The notes under the pieces were generated by a model. The model did no database searches and was not told the origin of the DNA. It was given only the letters and a program-made list of their open reading frames with translations. A DNA stretch of 64,000 nt from Octopus sinensis (Eukaryota): the NCBI RefSeq assembly GCF_006345805.1, contig NC_043000.1, positions 106,330,001 through 106,394,000 on the forward strand, given 5' to 3'. Shown here in pieces: positions 12,141 to 25,784 of the stretch. The position numbers and the translations under genes were made by a program. How positions within the stretch are numbered: position 1 is the first letter of the stretch; each line of letters begins with the position of its first letter.

Positions 12141-12767
12141 TGTTGTTGTTGTTATGATGGTAATGAGGATAAGGATGATGATATTCTTTATTCTTTTCTT
12201 TATTGACAGATCCAAAAAAAAAGATGAAAAAGACGAAAAACAAAGGCAGAGGAAATTTCCAGTTGATACTAATTAAATAAACCAATAAACAGATTGGAAT
12301 AGAAGAATAGGATACAGAAAAGAAACTGTTACTGATTATGATGATTGTTGTGGTGGTGGGTTGTGGTACATGCAGTACAGGACAGTTCAGATCAAGCAAT
12401 TCATGTAGCCAAAGACACTCTATCCATGATCATTTCATCTTTAATTTCAGACAGTGTTACTTGCTTTTTTTGAGATGGTATTTTCTAATATAAGGGAAAA
12501 GTTGCTGTTATTTCTAGTAGGTCTAGTGACCATATAGAGTCTTTTTCAACAGTTTGGTGGTGATGATTGTGATGATGATGACGATGATGATGATGATGAT
12601 GATGGTGGTGGTGATGCTGATGATTATGACGATGACGATGGTGGTGGTGGCGAGGAGGAGGAGGTCGACAATGACGACTTGAAAGACACCAAGCTGATTA
12701 ACTCTTATTAGCAACATCACCTATACTTGGGCTCCTATTTATTCATTACAATCACTACACTCACAGG

Positions 12768-12920
12768 GTGGTCGGCATTAGGAAGGGCATCCAGCTGTAG
12801 AAACACTGCCAGATCAGGCTGAAGCCTAGTGCAATCTCCTGGCTTCCCAGACCCCGGTCGAACTGTCCAACCCATGCTAGCATGGAAAACGGACGTTAAA
12901 CGATGATGATGATAATGATG
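12768..12920 (+). mobile_element. RTE-type 3' tail ending in (GAT)n
   Basis: TTAGGAAGGGCATCCAGCTGTAGAAAC...CCCATGCTAGCATGGAAAACGGACGTTAAACGATGATGATG. Further copies at about 6340-6480 (-), 6875-6990 (-), 13185-13310, 32600-32840, 33575-33760 (-), 34650-34790, 35185-35390, 37200-37330 and 41815-41905 (-). Confidence 0.85.
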
Positions 12921-14329
12921 TAGATATTCCTAGGCAATCTAGTTCAATAGTTGTTGCAATGTGTAGCTATACAAATTCCAGTCTATATAAACACCAGTTG
13001 CAATCAAGCTGGTTGTTCTCATATCTCTTCTGCTTAGATATCTCTGATCCACTTGTCTCCTCAGCTTTTGTCACTTTTGTTGCATCCAAACCCCTTGTCC
13101 CTGTACTACCCACTATTATCAGTCCTTCTACCCTCAAACATCTGGAATTTTAGTTTAAATCAATGACTCCCAACATGTATAGGGGTTGGTGTTAGGAAGG
13201 GCATCCAGCTGTAGAAACCATGTCAAATCAGACTGGAGTTTGATGCATACCCCCAGCTTGCCAGCTCTGGTCAAACAGTCCAACCAATGGACTTTAAATG
13301 ATGATGATGATGAATTGTGGTGAGGTGTGGAATCCAAAATTCTTTTCTATTTTCTTTTTAGTAGGACATGGAATTGTGAAAACCATTTTTTCACAGCCAA
13401 TATACTACACTTATTCTCAGGCTAGCCAAACTAATCCCTCCAGCCAAGTATACTGTGTAAAAACTATTTGTTACAGTATATTGCTATTCTAATGCCCTAG
13501 TGTGGATGTTTTGTTAAGGAAAGGATATAATTATGAAATATTAAAAACAAAGTTTTTTTTCCAATGACCGGTGGGGCATACATTTTTCTCGGAAGTTATC
13601 GCAAGGCCTGGGGGAAAATAGGTTGGGAGATGCTGGTTTAAATGGAACCTTAAGAACATCATGGTTATTGATCTTGAAGGGCCTACAAAGGTGATGAGCA
13701 CTGCCTTGTCTAGACTCAATGAGAAAAGAGATATATATCTATTGCTAAACCTACACACGTATTGCAATATACACCTTTACTCATTATACTTTAAATAAAC
13801 AGCCATTGCAATCTGGATCTACATAAATTGTAATCTAAATCTAAATATTGCAACCTAGACCCAGATATGCTGCAATTTATACCTAGACATTAAGCAGTAA
13901 GCTGGCAAAATCATTAGCATGTTAAGCAAAAGGCTGTGGTATTTAATCTGTCTTTATATTCAGAGCTCAAATTCTGTTGAGGTTAACTTTGCCTTTCATC
14001 ATTTCAAGGTCAATAAAATTAAGTACTAGTTGAGCACTGGGGTTGATGTAATCGACTATCCCCATTACCTGAATTTCAGGCCTTGTCCTAATATCAGAAT
14101 GGAATTTACACCTACACATTAAAATCTAAACCCATACATACCATAATCAAGATCTACATCTATAGCATTCTTAGCCTATTTCTGTAAAATATAACCATAC
14201 CTGTTGCAGTCATGTTTCACTCCTGCTTATACCCATTTGTTCACTGATTGCAATCTGTGCCCACTAGAGTTGCAGTCTAAGCATGATCCTACTGCAATCT
14301 AGGCTCGGCTCTTTTGTTGCATCTTAAAT

Positions 14330-14668
14330 TCATATCGATCAACATCAATGGAAATTGCAGCTGTGATACCAGTGCCGGTGGTACGTAAGAGAACCATCCG
14401 AACGTGGCTGTTGCCAGCGCCACTCCAACTAGCCTCGTGCCGGTGGCACGTAAAAAGCACCATCCGATCGTGGCCGTTGCCAGCCTCACCTGACCCGTGT
14501 GCCGGTGGCACATAAAAAGCACCCACAGAGTGGTTGGCGTTAGGAAGGGCATCCAGCCGTAGAAACATTGCCAGATCAGACTGGGCCTGGTGCAGCCTTC
14601 TGGCTTCCCAGACCCCAGTTGAACCCATGCTAGCATGGAAAGCGGACGCTAAACGATGATGATGATGG
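14330..14668 (+). mobile_element. RTE LINE 3' UTR with three stem-loop repeat units and (GAT)n tail
   Basis: Three GTGCCGGTGG(C/T)AC(G/A)TAA..AGCAC-type units followed by the standard tail. The same UTR follows RT-coding sequence at 47310-47580 and 62110-62530. Confidence 0.8.
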
Positions 14669-15059
14669 TATCTCACCACTTGGACTCTAGACCTATATTC
14701 ATTGCAGCCTACAAAGACACTTGTAATCTTGACATATTATCAATATAGGCCTATATTTTCCTGTTGCATTTAAAACTCACATCTGGTGCAATCTTGATCT
14801 ACACCCATTACAATCTGTACCTAAAACTTTTGTAATCAAGATCAACATATGTTGCAATCTCAACTTGTCTTTCTGTAATCTAATCCTTCTACAGTATTCT
14901 GTTACTACTGTAATTCAAACCCTGGCTCCCCACATTTGCAGCTAAAGGTACTTCTGTTGATTATTGAAGAGGATGTCCAAGTATGACCAACTGAAACTGA
15001 ATATTATCCAATCATCTTGTTCTTCATGAAATTGGTCCTGTCAAGAAAGCCTTTCCTGT

Positions 15060-15300
15060 GCACTTAGTGTGATAGTGAATTAGGAGACTGAATTGGATGC
15101 TAGAGTAGCAGGTGCAGGCATAGAAATGCACCAGCTTCAGCATTCAGCCCTCAGAAGAGGAGAGGTTGGCATAAAAGCCAAACTTACTATCTTCAATTTG
15201 GTTTTCATGCCTTTCCTCACCTATGGTCATGAATATTAGGTAATGAGAGAAAGACTATGATTGCGAAGAGTGGCTGAAATAGGGTTCAGGGTGCAGAACT
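15060..15300 (+). mobile_element. RTE-clade RT C-terminal fragment (different subfamily)
   Basis: Translates to ...KAKLTIFNLVFMPFLTYGHEY*VMRERL*LRRVAEIGF, resembling AKLSIFKxVFxPxLTYGHExWVMTER..AAEMGF. Confidence 0.55.
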
Positions 15301-15874
15301 CTGTCTCTCCAGATTGAGCTACTACTTACCTGCTTTTTAATTGCAATTGATAAAAAAAAAAGTCCATATTCCAGAAATGGAAGATGTAGAAAGAGAAAAC
15401 ACTTTCAACCCTTTAGCACTTAAACCTACCATATCTGGCTCAAATATGCTACCTGTTTTATCTTCAAACCAGCCAGATCCAGCCTATCACACCTACCCTT
15501 CAAAGTTATTGTAAGAAAAAAGTAACCACATTACTGAAATCTTAAAATTTTGAGATAATGCATGATTAATTCAAAACATTGAGAATAAGCATTATACTTA
15601 ACAGTTATCTGAATGCTAAAGGATTAAGAGTAAACAGCTTTTCCTCTGGAGCTTCTATTTTCTTTATAGGAATAAAACAAGGATGTTGTGCTCTTAAAGC
15701 ATAAAGAGATAGTGTGATGTCACAGAAACAGTAGAAACCACAGCAATACAATATTCTTTAGACATAGTGCCATAATGTATCAAGGACTGCATTATCCAAT
15801 GTATTGTTTTTTTAAAGCAAATGAAATTTTAAAATTTGACTGAGGTTTGTGGCAAGTTAAGCAGCTATTTTTTT

Positions 15875-16210
15875 GTTTCAGTCATCAGACTGCAGCCATG
15901 CTGGGACACTACCTCCAAAGGTTTAGCCAATCAACTCCAGTACTTAATTTACGTTTGGTACTTATTCTATCTGAACTGCTAAGTTAGGGGATGTAAACAA
16001 ACCAACACTAGTTGACAAATAGTGGCAGGGGACAAATACAAACATAAAAGCCATACACAAAGGGTTTCTTTCAATTTCCACCTATCTAATCCACTCACAA
16101 GAGTTTGGTTAGCCTGGAGCTATACAGTAAGAGACACTAGTGTAAGGTACCATGCAGTGGGATTGAACCCAGATCCACATGGTAAGGAAGCAAACTTCTT
16201 AATACAGTCA
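15875..16210 (-). mobile_element. tRNA-headed cephalopod SINE, minus strand
   Basis: Reverse complement has TAAGAAGTTTGCTTCC..CATGTGGATCTGGGTTCAATCCCACTGCATGGTACC..CTTGTGAGTGGATT..GAAATTGAAAGAAACCC. Same family at about 20400-20590 (-), 36690-37080, 37960-38100 (-), 41985-42272, 55675-55830, 60465-60830 and 63020-63190 (-). Confidence 0.75.
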
Positions 16211-17359
16211 CACCTGTTGAGGCTTCTTTATCAGTCTTGATTCAGATGGTCTTCTGGTCACCTTTAAATCATGCAATCAAGCCAACAATGGAGCCTTAAA
16301 TGGTCATTCAACCTGCTAAAAATAATGTTTCCTTAAATCACTCCACTATATCTTGGAAAAAGGTATGTTGAATAATGTGATTCTGCACAGAGAAAAAGTA
16401 TATAGGATGGTCACAGCTGGAATGCCTTTCATCCTCAGTCTACTCAATCAAGGTTTACCTGGGACTAGAGTTCTATAAGCCTCTAAATGGTTGCTTACCA
16501 AAACAGGGTCAGCAAACTGTCGTGTTTTATGGTCACGCCTGTTGTAGTAGAGACATCTGGTATTCTTGGCCCCAGATAATATCCCTGCTTACTGCTATCA
16601 GGGCAGAGATTATTGTCTGCAAGTGTGAGCCCTGTGAGTCTGAGTGCTGTTATAGCACATCTCTCATTATCCTCTGAGGGAACATCTTTTCCATTTTGTC
16701 TGCTGGAGCCATGAGAAATACTTCTGTGTTTCAAAATTAATTCAAGTAAAGGCAAGATTTTTTTTTTTTAACTGGCTGGTAGTAGTCAGTCTTAGCAGTT
16801 TCAGTGGCTGCTTCTTTCTATTTCTGCCTTCTCCTTCTACCACTGCATGCAAAATCCAATTTGTCAATACTTAGGTAAGGTAGAAACACCTCCATTCTCT
16901 CATCCATGAAATAAACAAGGTTGGCCATTCACTGATCATCTTTTGTCATGGAAAGCTCAGCCACTGATTCTCTATGTTTTTGATTTTGTGGCGCTAGAGA
17001 TCAAATAGAATAATGGTGCAGTTCACATTGGAAGTTTAAAAGTAGCATTAACACCTTGGTCAATAAATGCTTAAACATATTTCTGAACAAATTTTAAGTG
17101 CTTGAATAATATTTCCTAAAATAAAATTCACAGATCACCAAGGGCCAATGGGTTTAAACTATTGACCCTATTTTATGCCATATATCTACCAATTTGGTGC
17201 CTTAACTGAAATCCTGTTAGACTTGGATTAGATTCTCAGCCAACTCCCTGCATATGTTGAGGCTGAGCCATATCAATATCACAAGTCTGAGAGAACTTCA
17301 AAAATCATGGGCAGACATGCCTCTCCTCACCAAATTATAAAACAAAAAAAATTGCATTA

Positions 17360-17480
17360 ATCTATCTATTCCTATACATTTTACATGAAATTCAGTCCTG
17401 CAAAACCAACAAACTGTTTTTATCTGTCTAGTGACATGCAAGATAAACCAAATGCCCCGCACAGCATAGTCAAACTCACA
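17360..17480 (-). mobile_element. Possible piggyBac transposase C-terminal cysteine-rich remnant
   Basis: RQIKTVCWFCRTEFHVKC resembles piggyBac KTxxxCxKCxVxLHxKC; short and degenerate. Confidence 0.3.
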
Positions 17481-20400
17481 ATTTTTCTGCCACTGTACTG
17501 GTACAATTTTTTTAAGTATGATTAATATTAAGATATTGTTGCTGGAATTCACTGGCAGAAGAATGGAAAAGAACAAGAGCAAAATTTAAAAAAACAACTA
17601 AGTCTGTGAAACATTTCCAAAGAGTTTATTATTCACATGAAAAGATAATTCCACGAGAGCTGTCCCAACCCATACCTATATCGTACCTTTGATGTCCATC
17701 CTTTCTACCTACCAATCTTCCAAATTCCCTCCTGACTATAAGCTAGAAAATAAGGCAAAGAGTATGGTTGTATTTGAGGAAAAACACTCACACACAAAGT
17801 CATTCAATCCATCTCAACAGACGAAAGAGAACATGTAAAAGTCACATACACACAGTAAACTCTAAACAACAAATCTGTGATTACAATTTAATTTGGCAAG
17901 AAGCCTTTCCTTGCAAGCATAAGTTGAGTATTTTGCTCCAAGGAGACAATATATTGATAGTGAATTCTAGACTGGTGACATGAGCGTGGTTTCTGAAATT
18001 GTCTAAGTATTTCTCATATAGGCAAAAAAGCCTTACATCTATGGAGGTAAGGTAATTGAAAATATATGACGTTCAAGCTTATCCCAACGTTAGTCCTCTA
18101 TGGGATACTAAATCAGGTTGAAGACAATAGGTTTACCAATAACTTACCTCTCCCAGAGTGATCATCACCACAGTACAAGGAAATAGGGATGAGAAGTAGT
18201 AACATTCATACATTGAGGAATTACTCTCAGATGTTACTAATTATAGTTCAGTAAAAGGTCAATTAAATGAGTTTTGTAAAACTGACTTTAATCTATAATT
18301 TTATTGATATATAGATATTTTTCTTTCCATTAACATCAGAAAGTGCTATACACATTAACAGGCATTTCGTACATAGGTACAAAGCCAAGTGAATGGTAAA
18401 CTGTGATGTTCACATATCTCAAGTGAAGTGAAATGGCAACCATGTTGTATTAAAACAATTGCAAACTTGCTTAATAGTAGTTCACACTGATATTCAAGTC
18501 AAAGTGCCACATTTGGAAAGGTGGCAATAGTTAATAAGATCAACCCTGGAAGGATGAAAGGCAAAGCTGAAACAGCAAGATAATCAACTCAGAACAGAGC
18601 AATGCAACTTAATATCACAATGGCCTGATGCTCAACCAATTTTGCTAATCCACTGCCATAAATAATGTTAATGAACTCTAATGTAAGCACAAGGTCACTA
18701 ATTTGAGGGAACGAATAATAGCTGATTAAATTGACTCCAGAAGGATAAAAGTTAAAGCTGGGCTAGCAGAACATAAGAGGGACGTAACTAAATACTGCAA
18801 AGCACACTGCCTGTCACCCTACTGATTCTTCCAATCCACTGCCCTATAAACAATAAGAGATCTATATGAGATTATGTGACATTTCAGAGGCAAGCAATAT
18901 TTCTTCCTTACCTAGTTACAAATTTAAATTCTATGTCTGAACAAACATGCACCAGTAAATATGAAACTGGATAAGTGTCTTTTGTAACAATGAAGTATGC
19001 ATTTTGAATGCAGACATGCATGTGCATCAAATGCATAGTTGTGCCATTATTATGCAGTGTTGTTAAAGTACAAATTCAATAAGCTTTTGTGTGCGTGTGT
19101 TTGTGGTGTCTATATGTATATATATATATATCTTACTCAAGATATGCTGCATGGCTGCAGCACCCTAACAACCCCCAAGGAGTTAAGGGACTTAACATAT
19201 ATATATATATATAGATATATATACACACACACACACACACGCAAAAAAAAAAATCAAAATGAGGCATGGAAATTCTTTTATCTGCCATGGAGACCAGTCT
19301 ACAAGCATGGTTTCAACACGAATGCATCAAAACTGCATTTATCTGCTTCCCATACTTGATAGGAGTATTTCTATGTATATTTATCCTCTTCAGTTGTTTC
19401 GAAGTTTTGATTTTTCTCTAATATTCATATTGCACACAGCCAACATTTTTTCATGTGTATACACACATATGAGCAGTGGCATTAATCATCAGCTTTGAAT
19501 AAATAAATTCTTCTACATATATTGAGGAAATTTTCTCTGTATATATTTGAATCCATCATTACACTGAGTTTTCTATTATTATTATGTTCTTTAGACTGTA
19601 ATGAATATCAAAACAACTGGAAACTTCAAGTAGTGATGAACTGGAATTGTGATTTTCAGTTCTTTTGTTTCCAATCATTTGCACACACACATATATATAA
19701 TGTGCATGTATGTTTATGTTCTTATAAAAAGTATACACTGTTTCCAGTGAAAGCATGAAGGGATAGTTAATATTCATTGAATGGTGCTCAATGAAGCTCA
19801 TAATTATGTTTTTACAAAACAAGTTGTATGGCTAACATATTTGAAGCCTCTACTCACCTCTGCCCAGTTCACCCAATAAATTTAAACAAGATTCTGAAAC
19901 TGAAATTGTGTTTTGCTATTACCCATGCTTGTCTTTTTCTGACAAGAGATCTTGTACTGAACAATATAAAGATTCCACATTATTCTGGAGTTCCTATGTA
20001 AACCTACCATGCATATGTAACATTATCTATACATCCTTTATAAACACCCATATGCTGACCTCATCTGCTTTACAATGAGAAATAAACATATTTCTATACA
20101 ATTTGATGCTGTGAAAATTTACATTTGTTAAATTTACATAACTGAGGACTTCTTCAAAAATGTAATTATCTTTGTCTTTAATTTTTATATGCAACTGCAC
20201 ATTTAGGTTTGTTTTTTCATGATAACATAGGTTGGAATTGAGGTAAGATCTTATAAGCTGAATGCTCTTTACCTGTTTTGCAAGTAAGGAATTATTTTCT
20301 TTTTATCCCACAGGCTTTAGAAAGTGCAGAGCAACTGGTTATGTTGAAGGATTGTAAATATCATTCACCGTTTTACACAAATAAAGTCATGGGATGGCTA

Positions 20401-20587
20401 TGTTCTTGCATATTCACACACACACACACACAATGGACTTCAGTTTCCGTCCACCAAAATTAACTTAAAATGCACTGGTCAGCCCTAGGATATAGTTGAT
20501 GACACTAGCCTAAGATACAACACTGAGGCTGAACTCAAAACAATATGGTTGCAAAGCAAACTTCTTAACCACACAGCCAAGTCTGTG

Positions 20588-20625
<38 letters not shown>

Positions 20626-21523
20626 CAGTTAACAACATCACATGAAGCAATGAAACATGAAATGGATACAAAGGTGAGAGAAGAGAGAATGAGTTGTTCT
20701 TTTTCTTTCTTGTTTCACCAAACACCGGTTGCTTGTATCAATAAAGGAAGCAGTGTTACCAAAGAATGGACACAAGAGAAAAAAATATGCGTGAGAAGTG
20801 GATACAATGTCACCATTTAGATGATGTGACTAAATAATATAAATGTAGAATTTAGTAGATGAAATTCAAACTAAGGTTCATGTGACATTAGAACTACACA
20901 TAACCAGCAGCATTATTGAACACACACACACAAACACAACAGGTATATTTGTTGGAGGACTGATAATCACATAATGATGAGAGATCAGATACATATATCC
21001 CAACACACAAACATACACACACCACTTTTTGATCAATTATGGGCATAGTTTTGAACCAGCCTACACACTGGCTGCATCTCCAGTCTCACAGCAGGATAAC
21101 ATCAATCGGTCAACTTGATGCCATGATATTGGTCAACTTGGTTAATAAGACCAGCTATGTCTGGTGCACAATGTGACTATATATTCTGGGGATAAGCAAT
21201 ATGACCGAAAGTGTACTGTAACAAACAGGAGGAGGGTAACTATTTCATGTCTGATTGTTCTGGAGGGTTTTTAAAGACAAATAGCACAGCAAGAGAGGAA
21301 GAGTTATTAAAATTATCACCATCATTATTACACCAGACTCATCAAAGTAGGAGTATTTCTGTAAAGAGGATATGTGATATTACTTTACTAAAAAGCTTGA
21401 GAAATGAAAGAAAGTTATAATTAATTAGCATGATGTTACTTCCACTAATTTAAAGATTACAGAAGTAACATATACAGTCAAAGGTGTGTATGAATGTATT
21501 TATGTGTGTATATGTATGTGTGA

Positions 21524-21617
<94 letters not shown>

Positions 21618-24112
21618 AATGAAGAGAGAGTGAAGAAGAGAAAGAGAAACAAAACTAAAAGGAGGGGCACTAGCAATTTTTAAAATAGACAAATGGTGGC
21701 TGGAAAGGAATCAATGCTTGGAATAAAAAGTAAAAAAAGTGGGGTATCGGGGAGAGAGAGAGAGTGTGTGTGTGTGCGTGCATGCGTGTGTATTCTGTCT
21801 CTAACTGTTGGTGTAAGTGAAAGAATGGACAGCTTCTCTGGGTACTGTGTATTGACGGCAACTCAGTATCAGCTCCTGAAATGACAACAAGGAAGTGAAA
21901 TCTTCATGAACAGATGAGCAATCTTCAATTTGGCAACAGACTTTTATAAAATACAATTTCCACATTTCTTCTACATCCAAAAGTCCTCTACACTTGGTTA
22001 ACCTAACAGATCTACAAATACTGATCAGATTCAATTCTTTCTATCGTTAATATTATAAATTTCAATCAAGAGTTTACACATCATTTGTTAATACAAATCA
22101 AGATCATTAGCTGAAGCAATACAAAGACTCGGGCTTGAAAGCTTTTCAAGTCAAAGAAGTTTTGCATAAATAGACCACAAGTGTGTTGCCAAGTTTTAAA
22201 CATTTTGGAAACAGATATGGGAAATTTCTACCTTGCTTTTAAGGCAGGTAATAGAAGAACAGTAAAGTAGAATAATGAAAAATCAATATTACTTTATCTA
22301 AAACACAAACAAGTATTTATAGTTATGTACAGAATCCTTTACTGTTCAATCCATATATTTCTTTTTAAAATTTAATCTTATACAGATGCAAGTTTATCTA
22401 TTTGCTTGTATTCTTATAGACACATACAATTTTTAAGGAATAAAAAGTTGGAAGTTTCTAAGACTAAATCATCAACTGAGGATTTTATTTAGGGTTAAAA
22501 TTTGAAAGAATTAAATCACATGTCTTAAAATGGTAATATCTTTTGATTAATCTGAAACAATTTTGACATAGTGTTCAAAACTTATTATATTAATCTCAAA
22601 AGCATTTTAGAGGGTGACAGATTTGAACTTGGTATATTATTGCTATCTATCTGGTTATCACCTGTGAGACTCAGGACAATGAGATACCAAACTAATTAGA
22701 ATACAACATTCAAATCAATGGTTATCCTGATTGCCCTGAAAATTCTTTAACAATAAAAGAGACCATCATCAAATAGTATTAATGTCTTTAGAAGTCAACA
22801 GGGAACAGTCATTGTAACTTCACATTTTCTAGTTCCTTTGACTTTTAAGTCATTCTGGAGCTTTGCAAAACACATTTCACAGGTTAATTAGGTCTAACCA
22901 AATGCAGTATTAGCTTTTATGAACCTGCTGACTTTACAATGGATCCAGATAAATAGTGATAATAGACTGGCTAGTGGTGAGTGCACAATATCTCTTAAAG
23001 AACTACAGTATTGTTTTAATAAAGTAAAATTGGTGTGTAGCATATATTCATAGCTTTTAACTTAGTGCTACCAGATGTACATTTAAATGCAACACAATCT
23101 TTAAGCCTTTACATAGTATTATTATGGACACAACTTAAGACAGATGGTGTAGAGTAGCAATAAATTACTCAGAATTATTTCACTGACTTTGCTGACAGGA
23201 TGCAGGAAAGTCATAAGCATCAGAACTACTCATTTTCAATCCTTTATAACATGTGACATTTTTTTTATCCTGAAGTTGATTCAGTGGTTTTTGGAAAATT
23301 CTGAACATCACAACTTCACATTTCCTAGTTCCTTTGTCTTTTAAGTCATTCTGGAATTTTGTAAAACACATTTTACAGGCAATTATGGTCTAACCAAATG
23401 CTGTATTAGCGTTTATGAACCTACTGACTTTACAATGGATCCAGATAGACAGTAATAACAGACTGGTTTGTGGTGAGTGCACAGGGGATATCAAATATAC
23501 CTATTCAAGCAATATAACTCTAATACACATATAGATAAAACTAATAACTTTCATAGTTGCAATGAAGCAACTGGGTAAAAGCCATCCAAACAAATGAGAT
23601 TTAGGCTCAAACAGCCCATGGGACTATGTTTAAAAAGTTATCTTGTAAATCTTTCTAACTGATTGACATTCAAACAGTTCAAACTTGTATTTGAATGCAC
23701 TAATTGCAATAAATAAATAAATAAAAATTTAAATAGATAAAACAAAATACATGGATCAGAATTTCCAACAGCAAAGCAGCATATAGTATGTATGCAAAAA
23801 TATGTGTGTATGTATGCATATATATACATATATAAATATATACATGCATATATACACACAAATACATACAGCTAAAGTGCAGACTAAAAACTGGTGGGTG
23901 GGTAAAAGTTTTTGTGGCTTGTGATTTACTTTAAGGAATTTCATATTACAAATATTTGATAGGCAGGTAGGATTTGGACAGTCAAACATTTAAAAGGTAT
24001 TTTTCTAGCTATACAAAAGGATCTAAAATTAAATTAAATTAAAAAAAACAACTAATATACAGAAATCTGATCCATGCATTTATTAGTTAAAATTTTTTTT
24101 TTTTCTTTCTTT

Positions 24113-24254
24113 TTAGTCAATCCACAAATCAAACCTCGACCGATTGGATCCAGATTTTCTGCTTTTGGATCTTGAGCCTGATCTGGAACGTGAAGACGAC
24201 CTAGAGCGGGAACGCCGTCTTTTTCTAGAGTGCTGCCTCTCAGTTGAGCGGGAC
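24113..24254 (-). CDS. ZRANB2: ZRANB2 last identified coding exon (RS domain end), read through to stop
   Basis: Acceptor ctataacag, phase 2 matches the preceding exon. (R)SRSTERQHSRKRRRSRSRSSSRSRSGSRSKSRKSGSNRSRFDLWID*. A weak internal donor AG|GTTTGA would end the exon at 24135. Confidence 0.8.
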
Positions 24255-25280
24255 CTGTTATAGACCATGTAGATGTTATAGTTACGTAGTCACAGCACAC
24301 ACACAACACATACACACACAAAAAAATATATGGAAACATTCAAAAGGAAATGCAATTTAACCCTTTAAGGATAGCCATAGCTTAATTTCTGACATTTAGA
24401 ACCAAACTCTTTATTCTTGCACATATTCAAACCGAATGTCAATTACATCAATGTTAACAATCTGGAAGGAACTGCAGAGGTTACAGGCAGTTCCCCCTCT
24501 AACTCACTGATTAATTTACAAAATATAAAGAACTTAGTCTTAAGACATGGTTCATTGTCATGGTACATTACAAAAACAACAATAGAAAATATCTCTCTTA
24601 AACAATTTTTAAAAATGTACACCTCAACAACTGCATTAAAGATGGTGAAATTACATCCATCATTGAAGTAGCTTGATTTTTTTCTTTATTATTATTACTA
24701 CTGAAGATTTTAGTCTGGTAGAAACAAACAAAACATTTCTTTATTATACCAGTAAGCTATATTATCTCCATATAAATAAATATGCCCATGAGAGTGCCTT
24801 TACATGGTCACTTGACATACTAGAAACATCAGTCAAATCTTCCACAAATCAAACCCCTATTGACTTAAAAGGGGAAGGATATACACTGCTTTGGAGAAAA
24901 AAAGCGGGGTTAATAGGCTGGCTGGATTGGCAACATGTAATAATTTATATAACTAACCAAGCAAATCTATTCAGAGACACAAATTATCAATGTTTATATC
25001 GCTTAAATTGACTCATATTGATATATTGTACAAGTCTTCTTAACCATGGCTATCCTTTAAAGATTAATTAAGTAATATTGGTAATAAACAAATACCACAA
25101 ACAAACAAGTGATATAAATAACAGTAACAAAATAGTTATACATTTCTGAAATTACATCAAAAACTAGAATTTAAAATATAACAAAAACAAGTAAAATTGT
25201 CTCAATGGAAAAAAAATGCTTTAAACAGCTGCAAAACATTGGGTTTAAGTATGTGCATACACAAATTTTATATATATATA

Positions 25281-25784
25281 TAGTAGGGTCTCCATATGTG
25301 AACATAATTTGTTCCAGAGTCATGTTTGTTAACCAAATTATTCAATACATGAATAACTGAAATACATATAAATAGAGATAATCTTTCTAGGTCAAACACA
25401 AACACCACATAAAAGCATAAATGATGTTTTATTTATCCATTCTGATCCAAGATTATATTTTTAGTAAGACATGTGAGAAATATTTTCTTTTAAAAATATG
25501 AACATCTGTAAGCTACATGAAATGCATGCATGCATTAGTCTACTAGTGGTTTGCCGTTCTAATTTCAGCTCATTGGCTGAATAAAATTTTTTTCAGAGAA
25601 ATTGTTCGCCATACAAGTTATATATTTAGCATATCATTCACATATACTCCCCTAGCATGTAAATGCATGCATAGTCTACTCTTAGTTCAAATTTCAGTTT
25701 ATGCTGAATTTCATTTTCTTCAGAAAAACCATTTGTTATTCAATTTGTTTGTTTAGAGAACTGTTCACATACAGGTACCCCAGT
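25281..25784. mobile_element. Tigger/mariner-like MITE remnant
   Basis: Left TAGTAGGGTCTCCATATGTGAACA vs reverse complement of right end CACTGGGGTACCTGTATGTGAACA; (TA)n on the left flank. Confidence 0.5.
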
